NCBI GenBank assembly: GCA_041482275.1
Contig: JBGPDL010000005.1
Span: forward strand, 2,985 to 66,984
Direction: 5' to 3'
From: Gemmatimonadota bacterium
GTDB taxonomy: Bacteria; Gemmatimonadota; Gemmatimonadetes; Gemmatimonadales; GWC2-71-9
Length of the DNA stretch: 64,000 nt
Below the pieces are notes generated by a model that was not told the DNA's origin, did not search any database, and worked only from the letters and a program-made list of their open reading frames with translations. Shown here in pieces: positions 25,947 to 33,746 of this stretch (the first letter of the stretch is position 1; each line of letters begins with the position of its first letter). The translations under genes and the position numbers were made by a program.

Positions 25947-27002
25947 CTACTTGGCCGCGCTGCGGAGCGCGTCGACGTCCGGCTTGACCGGGTCGTCGAG
26001 CGCCACGTGGTTGCGGTCGTGGCGCACCACGCGGGAAAACAGCGTCAGCTCGCGGTCGAACAGGAAGCGCCACAGCAATCGCGCCCATGAGGCGTGCGAG
26101 GCCAGCGACGCGTACACTTCCGGAGCGAGGGCGCGGATTCGGGGCAACCGGTTCCACGGCACCGAAGGGAAGTCATGATGCTCGTTATGGTACCCGACGT
26201 TGAACGCGAGCAGGTTGAGCGGGCCGTAGTAGCTGAACGTCTCCTGCTCGCCCGCCGAGGTGAGGTAGTGGCGCTGGATCCAGCGCGCGCCGAGGGGATG
26301 CAGGCCGATCGAGAAGAAGAGCGATAGCGCGAAGTAGACCAGCGCCTTCGGGCCGAGCACGACCCAGACCAGGGCGTCGAACGCCACCAGGACGGCCACG
26401 TTGGTCGCCGTCCAGCGGTCCCACAGGGGGACCTCTTTCACGCGCCAGGGCCGGATCGCCTGGAATACGGGGAACAGCAGCAGCCAGAGCGCCTTGCCGA
26501 GCGGCGAGCGTCCCACGAGTCGCGCCTCCCACCGGAAGGGGAGGTCGCCGTCGAGCTCGTACACGCCCTGGAACGCGTGGTGTTTGAGGTGGTACTTGGA
26601 GAACGACATGGCGCCCGGGAAGGCCTGCGGCAGGTTGGCGAGCAGCGCCGTCAGGATGTTCGGCACCCTTCGTTTGAAGACCAGCCGGTGCGCGGTCTCG
26701 TGGATCATCACGAAGAGCGCGTGGTCGGCGAACGCGCCCACGGTGTAGGCGACGGCCACCACGACCCACCACGGCTGGTCGGCCACGAGCCACGCGACGA
26801 CGATCTGGAGCGCGACGATGCCCGCCGTCCACCAGAACGTGGCGGGGTTGGGGCCGATCAGCTCCCGGATCTCAGGATGGCGCCGCAACAGTTCTCGCGT
26901 CCGCATCCGATGGGGTTCCGGAGCGGTGGAGAAGGTGAACTCGTCGCGCGGGGTCTTCACGAGCGTTTCAAAAAGTGGCAAGTGCCCATTGAGTGTAAGC
27001 AT
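25947..27002 (-). CDS. Fatty-acid-desaturase-family protein resembling sphingolipid delta4-desaturase (DEGS/Des1)
   Basis: It has three His boxes (HETAH, HLKHH, HNEHH). The N-terminal segment FTFSTAPEPHRMRTRELLRRHPEIRELIGPNP parallels the eukaryotic DEGS lipid-DES N-terminal motif (..W....PH..RR..IL..(H/Y)PEIK.L.G.(D/N)P). Start trimmed to ATG 27002. Confidence 0.8.
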   Translation of the reverse strand: MLTLNGHLPLFETLVKTPRDEFTFSTAPEPHRMRTRELLRRHPEIRELIGPNPATFWWTAGIVALQIVVAWLVADQPWWVVVAVAYTVGAFADHALFVMIHETAHRLVFKRRVPNILTALLANLPQAFPGAMSFSKYHLKHHAFQGVYELDGDLPFRWEARLVGRSPLGKALWLLLFPVFQAIRPWRVKEVPLWDRWTATNVAVLVAFDALVWVVLGPKALVYFALSLFFSIGLHPLGARWIQRHYLTSAGEQETFSYYGPLNLLAFNVGYHNEHHDFPSVPWNRLPRIRALAPEVYASLASHASWARLLWRFLFDRELTLFSRVVRHDRNHVALDDPVKPDVDALRSAAK

Positions 27003-27110
27003 ACTCGCGCACCACGTCAGGCGACACCCTGACGAGCACAATCACAGTGTGAAGGTCTGGTGGGGCGAACCTTAGACCTAGGTCGCGACGAGCTTGGTCT
27101 TGCCGGCCAG

Positions 27111-28325
27111 CTAGTCCTTGTACGGATCGAACTCGTTCTCGCCTGCCATCACGACGATGACCGGGGTAAGCGTGTGGAGCACGGTGACGGTGTCGCCCTG
27201 TGCCGCCAGCACGTCCGGCAGCCGGCGGTACGCATGCGGCGACTCGTCCAGCCCGCCGCCGCGCAGGATCACGCCTTTGGCCCCAATCCATTGCCGCAGC
27301 ATGTCCCAACTGATTTTGCCCGGTCGTATCAGCTCGCCGGTGCGGCGATTCACCTTGCCGCGCGCTTCGGTGCGGGACATCACGCGCCCCGCGCCGTGCA
27401 CCGTGGAATAGAGCGACGCGCGCTGCAGCGCCGAGTCGTGTCGCGCCCCTTCGATGATGACCGCGTCGTCTCCCATCGAGCCGCCCACGAAGCCCTTCTG
27501 GCCCGGAAACGCGGGCGTGGCGCCCTTTCTGATCACGATGTATTCCGTGCCGTCGTGGGTCTCGCGCCACGCGAAGTTGTGGTGATTGTGGACGAGCTCC
27601 ACCTCCGCGCCGCCCAGCAGCGACACGACCTTGCGCGCCACCCATTCCCGCCCCGCGTACGCATACCGGCCGGCGAGCGTCATCAGTTGCCAGTAGTCGT
27701 GTCCGAGCGGCTGCTCGAGGGCAAACAGCGTCTCGGCCTCGGGCACGCGCTCGCCCCACTGCCTCCCCTGCGACAGCGCCAGAAAGCCCGACGCGACCGT
27801 GTGACCGAAGCCCCGGCTGCCGAAATGCACGCCCACCCACACGTCGCCGTGCTCGTCCGCGAATATGTCCACGTAGTGGTTGCCGCCGCCCACGGTGCCG
27901 AGCTGATTGCGGGCCTTGGCGCGCAAGCCGTCTCGCTCATGCCGCCCGGGCACCGCGTTCCAGGCCGGATCCGCGAACAGCGGGTGATCGGTGGGCGCGT
28001 CGTCGGCGCGGTTGGTCCGGCCCATGCCGAACGAGATGGTGTGCTGGATCTCGTCCGCCAGGCGTTCGAGCTCGAGGCGCGTGAACTGATCGAGGCGCCG
28101 GTCGGTGCGGATCGCCGCGTTGCCGCACGCGATGTCGAACCCCACGCCCACGACGCTGACCCGGTTCACGTACGCCGCGACGCCGCCGATGGGCATCACA
28201 TAGCCCAGGTGGCCGTCCGCCATGAGCGCGACGCGCTCGGCGCGCGTCGCCACGTCCCGCAGCTGGGCGAGTGTCTTTTCCTCGTGTGTACCGAAGATCG
28301 CGGGCTGATTCACGCCGCTGCCCAC
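27111..28325 (-). CDS. rtcB: RtcB-family RNA 3'-phosphate/2',3'-cyclic phosphate ligase
   Basis: 404 aa with MADGHLGY, GFDI.CG and GGGNHY metal- and GMP-histidine-site motifs characteristic of RtcB. Confidence 0.92.
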   Translation of the reverse strand: MGSGVNQPAIFGTHEEKTLAQLRDVATRAERVALMADGHLGYVMPIGGVAAYVNRVSVVGVGFDIACGNAAIRTDRRLDQFTRLELERLADEIQHTISFGMGRTNRADDAPTDHPLFADPAWNAVPGRHERDGLRAKARNQLGTVGGGNHYVDIFADEHGDVWVGVHFGSRGFGHTVASGFLALSQGRQWGERVPEAETLFALEQPLGHDYWQLMTLAGRYAYAGREWVARKVVSLLGGAEVELVHNHHNFAWRETHDGTEYIVIRKGATPAFPGQKGFVGGSMGDDAVIIEGARHDSALQRASLYSTVHGAGRVMSRTEARGKVNRRTGELIRPGKISWDMLRQWIGAKGVILRGGGLDESPHAYRRLPDVLAAQGDTVTVLHTLTPVIVVMAGENEFDPYKD

Positions 28326-28338
28326 GGGAGGTGACCGG

Positions 28339-29637
28339 TTAGGAGACCCGCCGCGTCTTCCGCCGCATGAAGTCCATCAGAATGAACTGGCCGAGCGTCA
28401 TCGTGTTGGTGAAGTACGCCTTCCCGCGGCAGATCGCCGAGACTGTCTTCACGAACTCCACGAGGCTCCGGTCCCGGGCGAGCATGAAGGTGTTGATCAT
28501 GATCCCCGAGCGCCGGCACAGCGCGACCTCGCGGTAGGTGGCCTGAAGGATCTGGGGATCGAGGCCCATCGAGTTCACGTAGATGCGGCCGTCGGGAAGG
28601 GTGAGCGCCGATGGCTTGCCGTCGGTGATCATGATGATCTGGCGCATGTCCTTGCGCTGCGACATGAGCATCCGCCGCGACAGCTTGAGCCCTTCCGCCG
28701 TGTTGGTGTGATACGGCCCCACCTGGGCGCGCGCCAGCTGGGCGAGCGGGATCTCCTCGGCGGTGTCGTGGAACAGCACCACGCGCAGCGTGTCGCCCGG
28801 GAACTGGGTACGGATCAAGTGGGTGAGCGCCAGCGCCACCTTCTTGGCCGGCGTGAAGCGGTCTTCCCCGTACAGGATCATCGAGTGCGAGCAGTCGAGC
28901 ATCAGCACCGTGGCCGACGAGGAGCGGTATTCGGCCTGGTGGACCATCAGGTCGTCGTATTCGAGGTTGATCGGGACGCCGAGCCCTTCGCGCTGCAGCG
29001 CGTTGGTGAGGGTGGCGTTCACGTCGAGGTTGAGCGTGTCGCCGTACGCGTAGCGCTTGCTCACCGCCTCGGCCTCGACGCCGGTGGCGAGGTGCTCGGT
29101 GTCGTGCGCGCCGAAGCTCGACTTGCCGATGCTCCCCATGAGGTGTTTCAAGGTTCGGTAGCCGAGAAAGTCGATGCCCTTGTCGGTGAGGTTGAACTGC
29201 ACCTGCTGGGCCGCTTCCTTCGCCATCCCGCCCGGCCCGAACAGGGGCTGCTGGCCCGCGGGCAGCTTGGGCGCCTCGGTCACATTCAGGTACCCGTCTT
29301 CGATCAGCTTCTGGACGATCTTGTCGAGCAGCTCGCCCATCTGGCGCTCGAGGTCGGCGTCACGCGCTGCGTCGCCGGTCGATTCGCCGCGCAACAGCTT
29401 CAGCATCTCGGGTGTCAGCTGGCCCGAGTCCATCAGCGCTTGCAGGATCGCCTGCCGCAGCGCGTCCAGCGAGCGGTCGGATTCGTCTTCGCCGAACTCA
29501 CCCCAGAAGGGGTGTGAGTACGCGCCTCCGGCGAAGCCCGATTGGAGGAGGAAGTCGGCGAGCTGATCGAGCAAGGCCTGGAGGTTGACAGTGTCGGCCA
29601 GCTCGGGCAGGTAGCGGCTGTACGTCGTGTATTTCAT
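28339..29637 (-). CDS. vWA (MIDAS) domain protein, CoxE-like
   Basis: Start trimmed to ATG 29637 ([13 protein letters not shown]). The C-terminal vWA domain has the MIDAS-type motif MLDCSHSM and a later ITDG. The stop lies 13 nt upstream of rtcB. Confidence 0.85.
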   Translation of the reverse strand: MKYTTYSRYLPELADTVNLQALLDQLADFLLQSGFAGGAYSHPFWGEFGEDESDRSLDALRQAILQALMDSGQLTPEMLKLLRGESTGDAARDADLERQMGELLDKIVQKLIEDGYLNVTEAPKLPAGQQPLFGPGGMAKEAAQQVQFNLTDKGIDFLGYRTLKHLMGSIGKSSFGAHDTEHLATGVEAEAVSKRYAYGDTLNLDVNATLTNALQREGLGVPINLEYDDLMVHQAEYRSSSATVLMLDCSHSMILYGEDRFTPAKKVALALTHLIRTQFPGDTLRVVLFHDTAEEIPLAQLARAQVGPYHTNTAEGLKLSRRMLMSQRKDMRQIIMITDGKPSALTLPDGRIYVNSMGLDPQILQATYREVALCRRSGIMINTFMLARDRSLVEFVKTVSAICRGKAYFTNTMTLGQFILMDFMRRKTRRVS

Positions 29638-29681
29638 TGGCTCCCTACCCGAAATATCGGCCCCGGGCGAGCTTTCCCGCA

Positions 29682-30905
29682 ATGGACGAAGCCGCGCGCG
29701 GGTCCCGCTTCGGGGCGCTCGCCTACCGTAACTTCCGGCTGTTCTTCCTGGGACAAGGCGTTTCCCTCATCGGTACGTGGATGCAGAACGTCGCCCAGGG
29801 GTGGCTCGTGCTCGAGCTCACCAACTCGCCGTTCTACGTCGGACTCGTGTCGGCGCTCGGCTCGCTCGGCGTGCTGCTCTTCACCATCTACGCCGGCGTC
29901 ATCGCGGACCGCACCAACAAGCACCGCCTGGTGATCGCCACCCAGTCGCTCTCCATGATCCCCGCGTTCGCCCTCGCCGCGCTGGTGTGGACCAAGACCG
30001 TCGCCGTGTGGCAGGTCGCCGGCTTGGCGGCGTTCCTGGGCGTGGTGAACGCGTTCGATATCCCCGCGCGCCAGGCGTTCATGGTCGAGCTCGTGAGGAA
30101 GCAGGACCTGATGAACGCGATCGCGCTCAATTCCTCCGCCTTCAACGCGGCCCGTGTGATCGGCCCCGCGGTGGCCGGCGCGCTCATCGGCGCGCTCGGC
30201 GTAGGGGCGTGCTTCTTCTTGAACGGCGTAAGCTACGTGGCGGTGATCGCCGGGTTGCTGGCGATGCGGCTCCCGCCGTACACCTCCGCGCCGCGTACCA
30301 CGTCGCTCTGGGCCGGCTTGCGGGAGGTGGTCGCGTTCATCGGCGCCGACCGCCGCGTGTCGACGGTGGTGGTGCTCACGGGGCTGCTCAGCATCTTCGG
30401 ATTTCCCTACCTCGTGATGATGCCGGTGTTCGCGCGCGACGTGTTGCATCGCGGCGTCACCGGGTACGGCGTCATGATGACGTCCGTCGGCGTCGGCGCC
30501 CTGATCGGCGCCCTCGCCGTGGCGCTGCTCGACCGCCGCATCCCGAAGGGTCCGACGCTGGTCGCCGCCGGCGCATCGTTCGGCACGCTCCTGGTTGCGT
30601 TCGCTCTGTCCCGGAGCTACGTACTCTCGCTGGCCCTGCTGGCCCTCACGGGCGGCACGATGATCGTGAACAACGCGCTCGCCAACACCACGATTCAGAC
30701 CATCGTCCCCGACGCGCTGCGCGGCCGCGTGATGGGCTTCTACGCGTTCGTGTTCGTGGGGCTGGCGCCGATCGGCGCGTTCGCGGTGGGGACGCTGGCG
30801 GAGCACATCGGCACGCCCGCCGCCGTGGCCGCCGGCGGCGCTGTGTGCATCCTCGCCGTGGCGCTCGCGGCGTGGCGAGTGCCGGAGCTGTCGCGCACGG
30901 CCTAG
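29682..30905 (+). CDS. MFS transporter (EntS/MFS_3-like)
   Basis: Start set at ATG 29682 (MDEAARGSRFGALAYRNFRLFFLGQGVSLIGTWMQ, a typical N-terminus for this subfamily). It has 12 predicted TM segments. Confidence 0.85.
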   Translation: MDEAARGSRFGALAYRNFRLFFLGQGVSLIGTWMQNVAQGWLVLELTNSPFYVGLVSALGSLGVLLFTIYAGVIADRTNKHRLVIATQSLSMIPAFALAALVWTKTVAVWQVAGLAAFLGVVNAFDIPARQAFMVELVRKQDLMNAIALNSSAFNAARVIGPAVAGALIGALGVGACFFLNGVSYVAVIAGLLAMRLPPYTSAPRTTSLWAGLREVVAFIGADRRVSTVVVLTGLLSIFGFPYLVMMPVFARDVLHRGVTGYGVMMTSVGVGALIGALAVALLDRRIPKGPTLVAAGASFGTLLVAFALSRSYVLSLALLALTGGTMIVNNALANTTIQTIVPDALRGRVMGFYAFVFVGLAPIGAFAVGTLAEHIGTPAAVAAGGAVCILAVALAAWRVPELSRTA

Positions 30906-32096
30906 CTACAGCAGGCGCCGCAGCTGCAGCGTCACCCGCACGGTGTCGGCGTCGCGCATCAGGACCAGGTGGCGCAGCGCTCCCTCGGCGCGCAACGTCT
31001 GCCGCACGTCGCTCAGACCCGCCTCGGCCGCCCGCTGGCCGTCGATCAGCAGCAGTTCGTCGCCCACCTGGATCCCGGCGTCCGCACCCGGGCTCCGCGG
31101 CACGACGTAATCGACCATCAGTTGCTTGAGTCCGGGTCCTCGGGCGATCAGCCGCAACCCGCTGCGATCGTAGTCGCAGGGCGTGCTGGCGTCGGCCGGG
31201 GGCTCGATGATGACGCGGCGGTGCGCGTAATCGACGATCAACCGCGTGTTCTCGAACACGGCGTTGCCGATCACGCCGTCGATGTCGGTGCGCCCCAAGA
31301 ACCCCTTGTTCTCACCGCCCAGGCCGGTGGTGGGCGACCGAATGCTCAAGCCCCCGAGCCGCAGCTCCTGCAGGCGCACAATCGACCCATGCAGCTCGCC
31401 GACGAGCCCGGTGCCGATCGGCGCCTCGATGGCGGGCGACACCTGCCCCAACCCGTGCTGTTCCACAAACGGGGTCGTGAGAATCAGGCACAGGCCGGAC
31501 GCCCCCGTGTCGAGCAGCAGCCGGGCCGGAATGGGCCGGCGGCCGCGAGCCTTGATGCGGGCGCGGAGCAACGGCCGGTCTGCGTCCGGCGTGAACGGCA
31601 CGGTGGTACCGGGCCCCACGTAGCGGTAGCGGGCGGGATCGAACAACCGGACGCGGTGCGCCCGGTAATCGATCTCCACCGTGAAGTGCTGGAGCACGTC
31701 GTGACCCACCAGACCGCGCTGCACGCGCCCGCTCGCTTCACTCAGACCCTGGAGCGGGTACAGGGCGGCCGGAAAGTCCAACAGCTCGACATTGCCGAGC
31801 TGCAGGCGGCGGAGCACGGCCGTCGAGGCGCTCTCGGCGATGCCGGCGGAGGCGCCCGGTGCCGCGGAAACGGCGCCGATGCTCCGGGCCCAATCGCGAT
31901 CGAACCCCGTGCGCGACAGACCGGTGTCGAACATCAGCAAGGCCGAATCGTCGTTCACTACGGCGGGCACGTAGATCGCGCCCCCGTACGCGTCGAACGG
32001 CAGCGACGCGACGGGCAGGACGCGCTGGGGCGCCAATCCGGGCCCGCACGCCGCCAGCCATGCGACCACGCCGAAAGCGCGCCGCGCGCCCCTCAC
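30906..32096 (-). CDS. Retropepsin-like aspartyl protease (two DTG lobes) with a C-terminal PDZ domain, lipoprotein
   Basis: The GTG start at 32096 overlaps the stop of the upstream kinase-like gene (GTGA). It has the signal/lipobox VVAWLAACG, two catalytic motifs (MFDTGLS and LLDTGAS), and a C-terminal PDZ (PGADAGIQVGDELLLIDG). Confidence 0.75.
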   Translation of the reverse strand: MRGARRAFGVVAWLAACGPGLAPQRVLPVASLPFDAYGGAIYVPAVVNDDSALLMFDTGLSRTGFDRDWARSIGAVSAAPGASAGIAESASTAVLRRLQLGNVELLDFPAALYPLQGLSEASGRVQRGLVGHDVLQHFTVEIDYRAHRVRLFDPARYRYVGPGTTVPFTPDADRPLLRARIKARGRRPIPARLLLDTGASGLCLILTTPFVEQHGLGQVSPAIEAPIGTGLVGELHGSIVRLQELRLGGLSIRSPTTGLGGENKGFLGRTDIDGVIGNAVFENTRLIVDYAHRRVIIEPPADASTPCDYDRSGLRLIARGPGLKQLMVDYVVPRSPGADAGIQVGDELLLIDGQRAAEAGLSDVRQTLRAEGALRHLVLMRDADTVRVTLQLRRLL

Positions 32097-32728
32097 CGCC
32101 ACCCCCGCCGCTGCGCCTCGGCGACGATCAACCGGGCCGCGCCGTCGACTCCGAGCTTCTCCGTGTTGACCACGAGATCGTAGTTCACCAGGTCCTGGCG
32201 ATGCCGCCGGTAGTAGGTCTTCACGTACTGGTCGCGCTGCCGGTCCGTTTCGTCGATCACCCTGTCTGCCTCCTCCGGGTTCACGCCCAGCCGCTCGACG
32301 GCGAGCCGCATCCGCCACGGCTTGGGGGCGACCACGTAGACGTGCAGCGCGTCCGGGCGCTGCGCCAACACGGCCTGGGCCCCTCGACCCACCAGCACGA
32401 TGCGGCCGTGGGCGGCGGCTTCGGCGATCACCCGCTCGGTCAGCTGCACGAGCGCCGCTTCGTCCTGGGCCACGCGCGGGGCGCCGGCGGACGCGATGAA
32501 CATCTCCGGCGAGGCGGCCGCGAGAGTGCGCGCGAGGCGCTCCAGCAGGCCGGGGGCCCGCTCTTCGCGCTGCGCCACCTCGTCGGCGGACAGACCGGCG
32601 CGGCGCGCCACCTGATCGACGAATTCGTTGTCGATCACGTCCCACTCGAGCTGGGTGGCCACCCGGCGGGCCACGTCGGACCCGCCGGACGCGTACTGTC
32701 GGGTGATCGTGATGACCGGCGGCGCCAT
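32093..32728 (-). CDS. Cytidylate-kinase-like family P-loop protein
   Basis: 211 aa. The N-terminus ITITRQYASGGSDVARRVA..L.W.V.D matches my recollection of the cytidylate kinase-like family (PF13189). It is tightly packed between the SPFH and protease genes. Confidence 0.7.
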   Translation of the reverse strand: MAPPVITITRQYASGGSDVARRVATQLEWDVIDNEFVDQVARRAGLSADEVAQREERAPGLLERLARTLAAASPEMFIASAGAPRVAQDEAALVQLTERVIAEAAAHGRIVLVGRGAQAVLAQRPDALHVYVVAPKPWRMRLAVERLGVNPEEADRVIDETDRQRDQYVKTYYRRHRQDLVNYDLVVNTEKLGVDGAARLIVAEAQRRGWR

Positions 32729-32729
32729 C

Positions 32730-33647
32730 TCAGGGCTTCAGGTTCTTGCGCAGCTCGCCGATGTTGAGCAGCGGCAACCCGCCCTCGGTGGGGACGAAGA
32801 TGATCAGGTTGTTCGAGGTCTTCAGGTCGTGCAGCACCTCGATCCACTGCTTGGTGAGCGCCTCGGGGGAAAGCGTCTGGTTCAGGAGTCGCTGCTGCTC
32901 GGTTTGGAGGCGGGCGACTTCCACGCGGTGGCGCTCGGTTTCGATCTGCTGTTCCTGCGCGATCTTGTTGTTGATTGCCTGCACCACCTGGGGCGGAGGC
33001 TGCAGGTCGCGGAGGAAGAACGCGGTGACCGTGGCGATCCGGAAGTTCCCGCCGCCGGCGCGGGGCCGCGTCACGAGAGCGGAGTCCACCAACCCTTCCA
33101 TGGTGTTCGCGATCTGCGTACGCTTGGAGATGTCGTTGATGGAATACTGCACCATGCCGTCGCGCACGCCCTTGCGGATGGCGTTCAGCACCGCGCCGCG
33201 AATCTGGTCCTCCTTGCCGATCTCGGTGAAGATCTTCGGTGCCTGCATCGGGTCGATCTGCCAGCGGATCGACACTTCGACATGCATGCCCATCTGCTCG
33301 CTCGAGAGCGCCTCGATCACTTCGGTCTGCTCGCCACGCGTGGGCCACTGTTCCTCGCGCGTCGAGTAGCGCTCGATGGACGACCAGGGCACCACCAGCC
33401 GGATCCCCGCGAGCAGCGGAGCCGGATCCACATAGCCGAAGGCGTGCCGCACCCCGACCTCGCCCGGGCCGATCACCACCATGCCCGACCCGATCGCGAG
33501 CAGCACGGCCACCCCGGCGGCCGCGAGGCCGACGAAGCGGAGCAGGTTGGCAATCGGGCCGGGGCGCTGTGAGCGGACGGTGGCGGCGGCTAGGAGAATG
33601 GAGAACGCGACGACGAACAGGACGGTGCCGGCGACGAGCTTACCCAT
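32730..33647 (-). CDS. SPFH/Band-7 (prohibitin/stomatin-like) membrane protein
   Basis: 305 aa with N-terminal TM helices followed by an SPFH domain (V.PGE.GV...FG.........G......P....I.....R). A C-terminal coiled-coil region is rich in Q and E. Confidence 0.85.
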   Translation of the reverse strand: MGKLVAGTVLFVVAFSILLAAATVRSQRPGPIANLLRFVGLAAAGVAVLLAIGSGMVVIGPGEVGVRHAFGYVDPAPLLAGIRLVVPWSSIERYSTREEQWPTRGEQTEVIEALSSEQMGMHVEVSIRWQIDPMQAPKIFTEIGKEDQIRGAVLNAIRKGVRDGMVQYSINDISKRTQIANTMEGLVDSALVTRPRAGGGNFRIATVTAFFLRDLQPPPQVVQAINNKIAQEQQIETERHRVEVARLQTEQQRLLNQTLSPEALTKQWIEVLHDLKTSNNLIIFVPTEGGLPLLNIGELRKNLKP

Positions 33648-33661
33648 GGAAGCCCCGGGGA

Positions 33662-33744
33662 GGTGACGGAGAGAAGATACAGCGTCATCCGTCGTCCGTT
33701 ATCTGTCGTCCGTACGTCACCGGAGCCAACCGACGCGGATGACG
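33662..33744. repeat. Heptad-repeat element (CGTCNTC / ACGGACN family) in the AAA-SPFH intergenic region, with two crossing inverted-repeat pairings
   Basis: There are five tandem heptads: CGTCATC CGTCGTC CGTTATC TGTCGTC CGTACGT (33683-33717). GGTGACG (33662-33668) pairs with CGTCACC (33715-33721). CGTCATCCG (33683-33691) pairs with CGGATGACG (33736-33744). Confidence 0.65.
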
Positions 33745-33746
33745 AA

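Noticed and set aside
27003-27110. tRNA-like or small RNA gene between rtcB and the desaturase gene (GGTTCG motif, hairpins AGGTCT..AGACCT and GTCAGG..CCTGAC, palindrome GACCTAGGTC)
   Set aside because: I could build no cloverleaf, acceptor stem or proper T-arm (5-bp stem with a 7-nt loop). The hairpins are short and may simply be a weak terminator or spacer. The region is left as something to scan with Infernal or tRNAscan.
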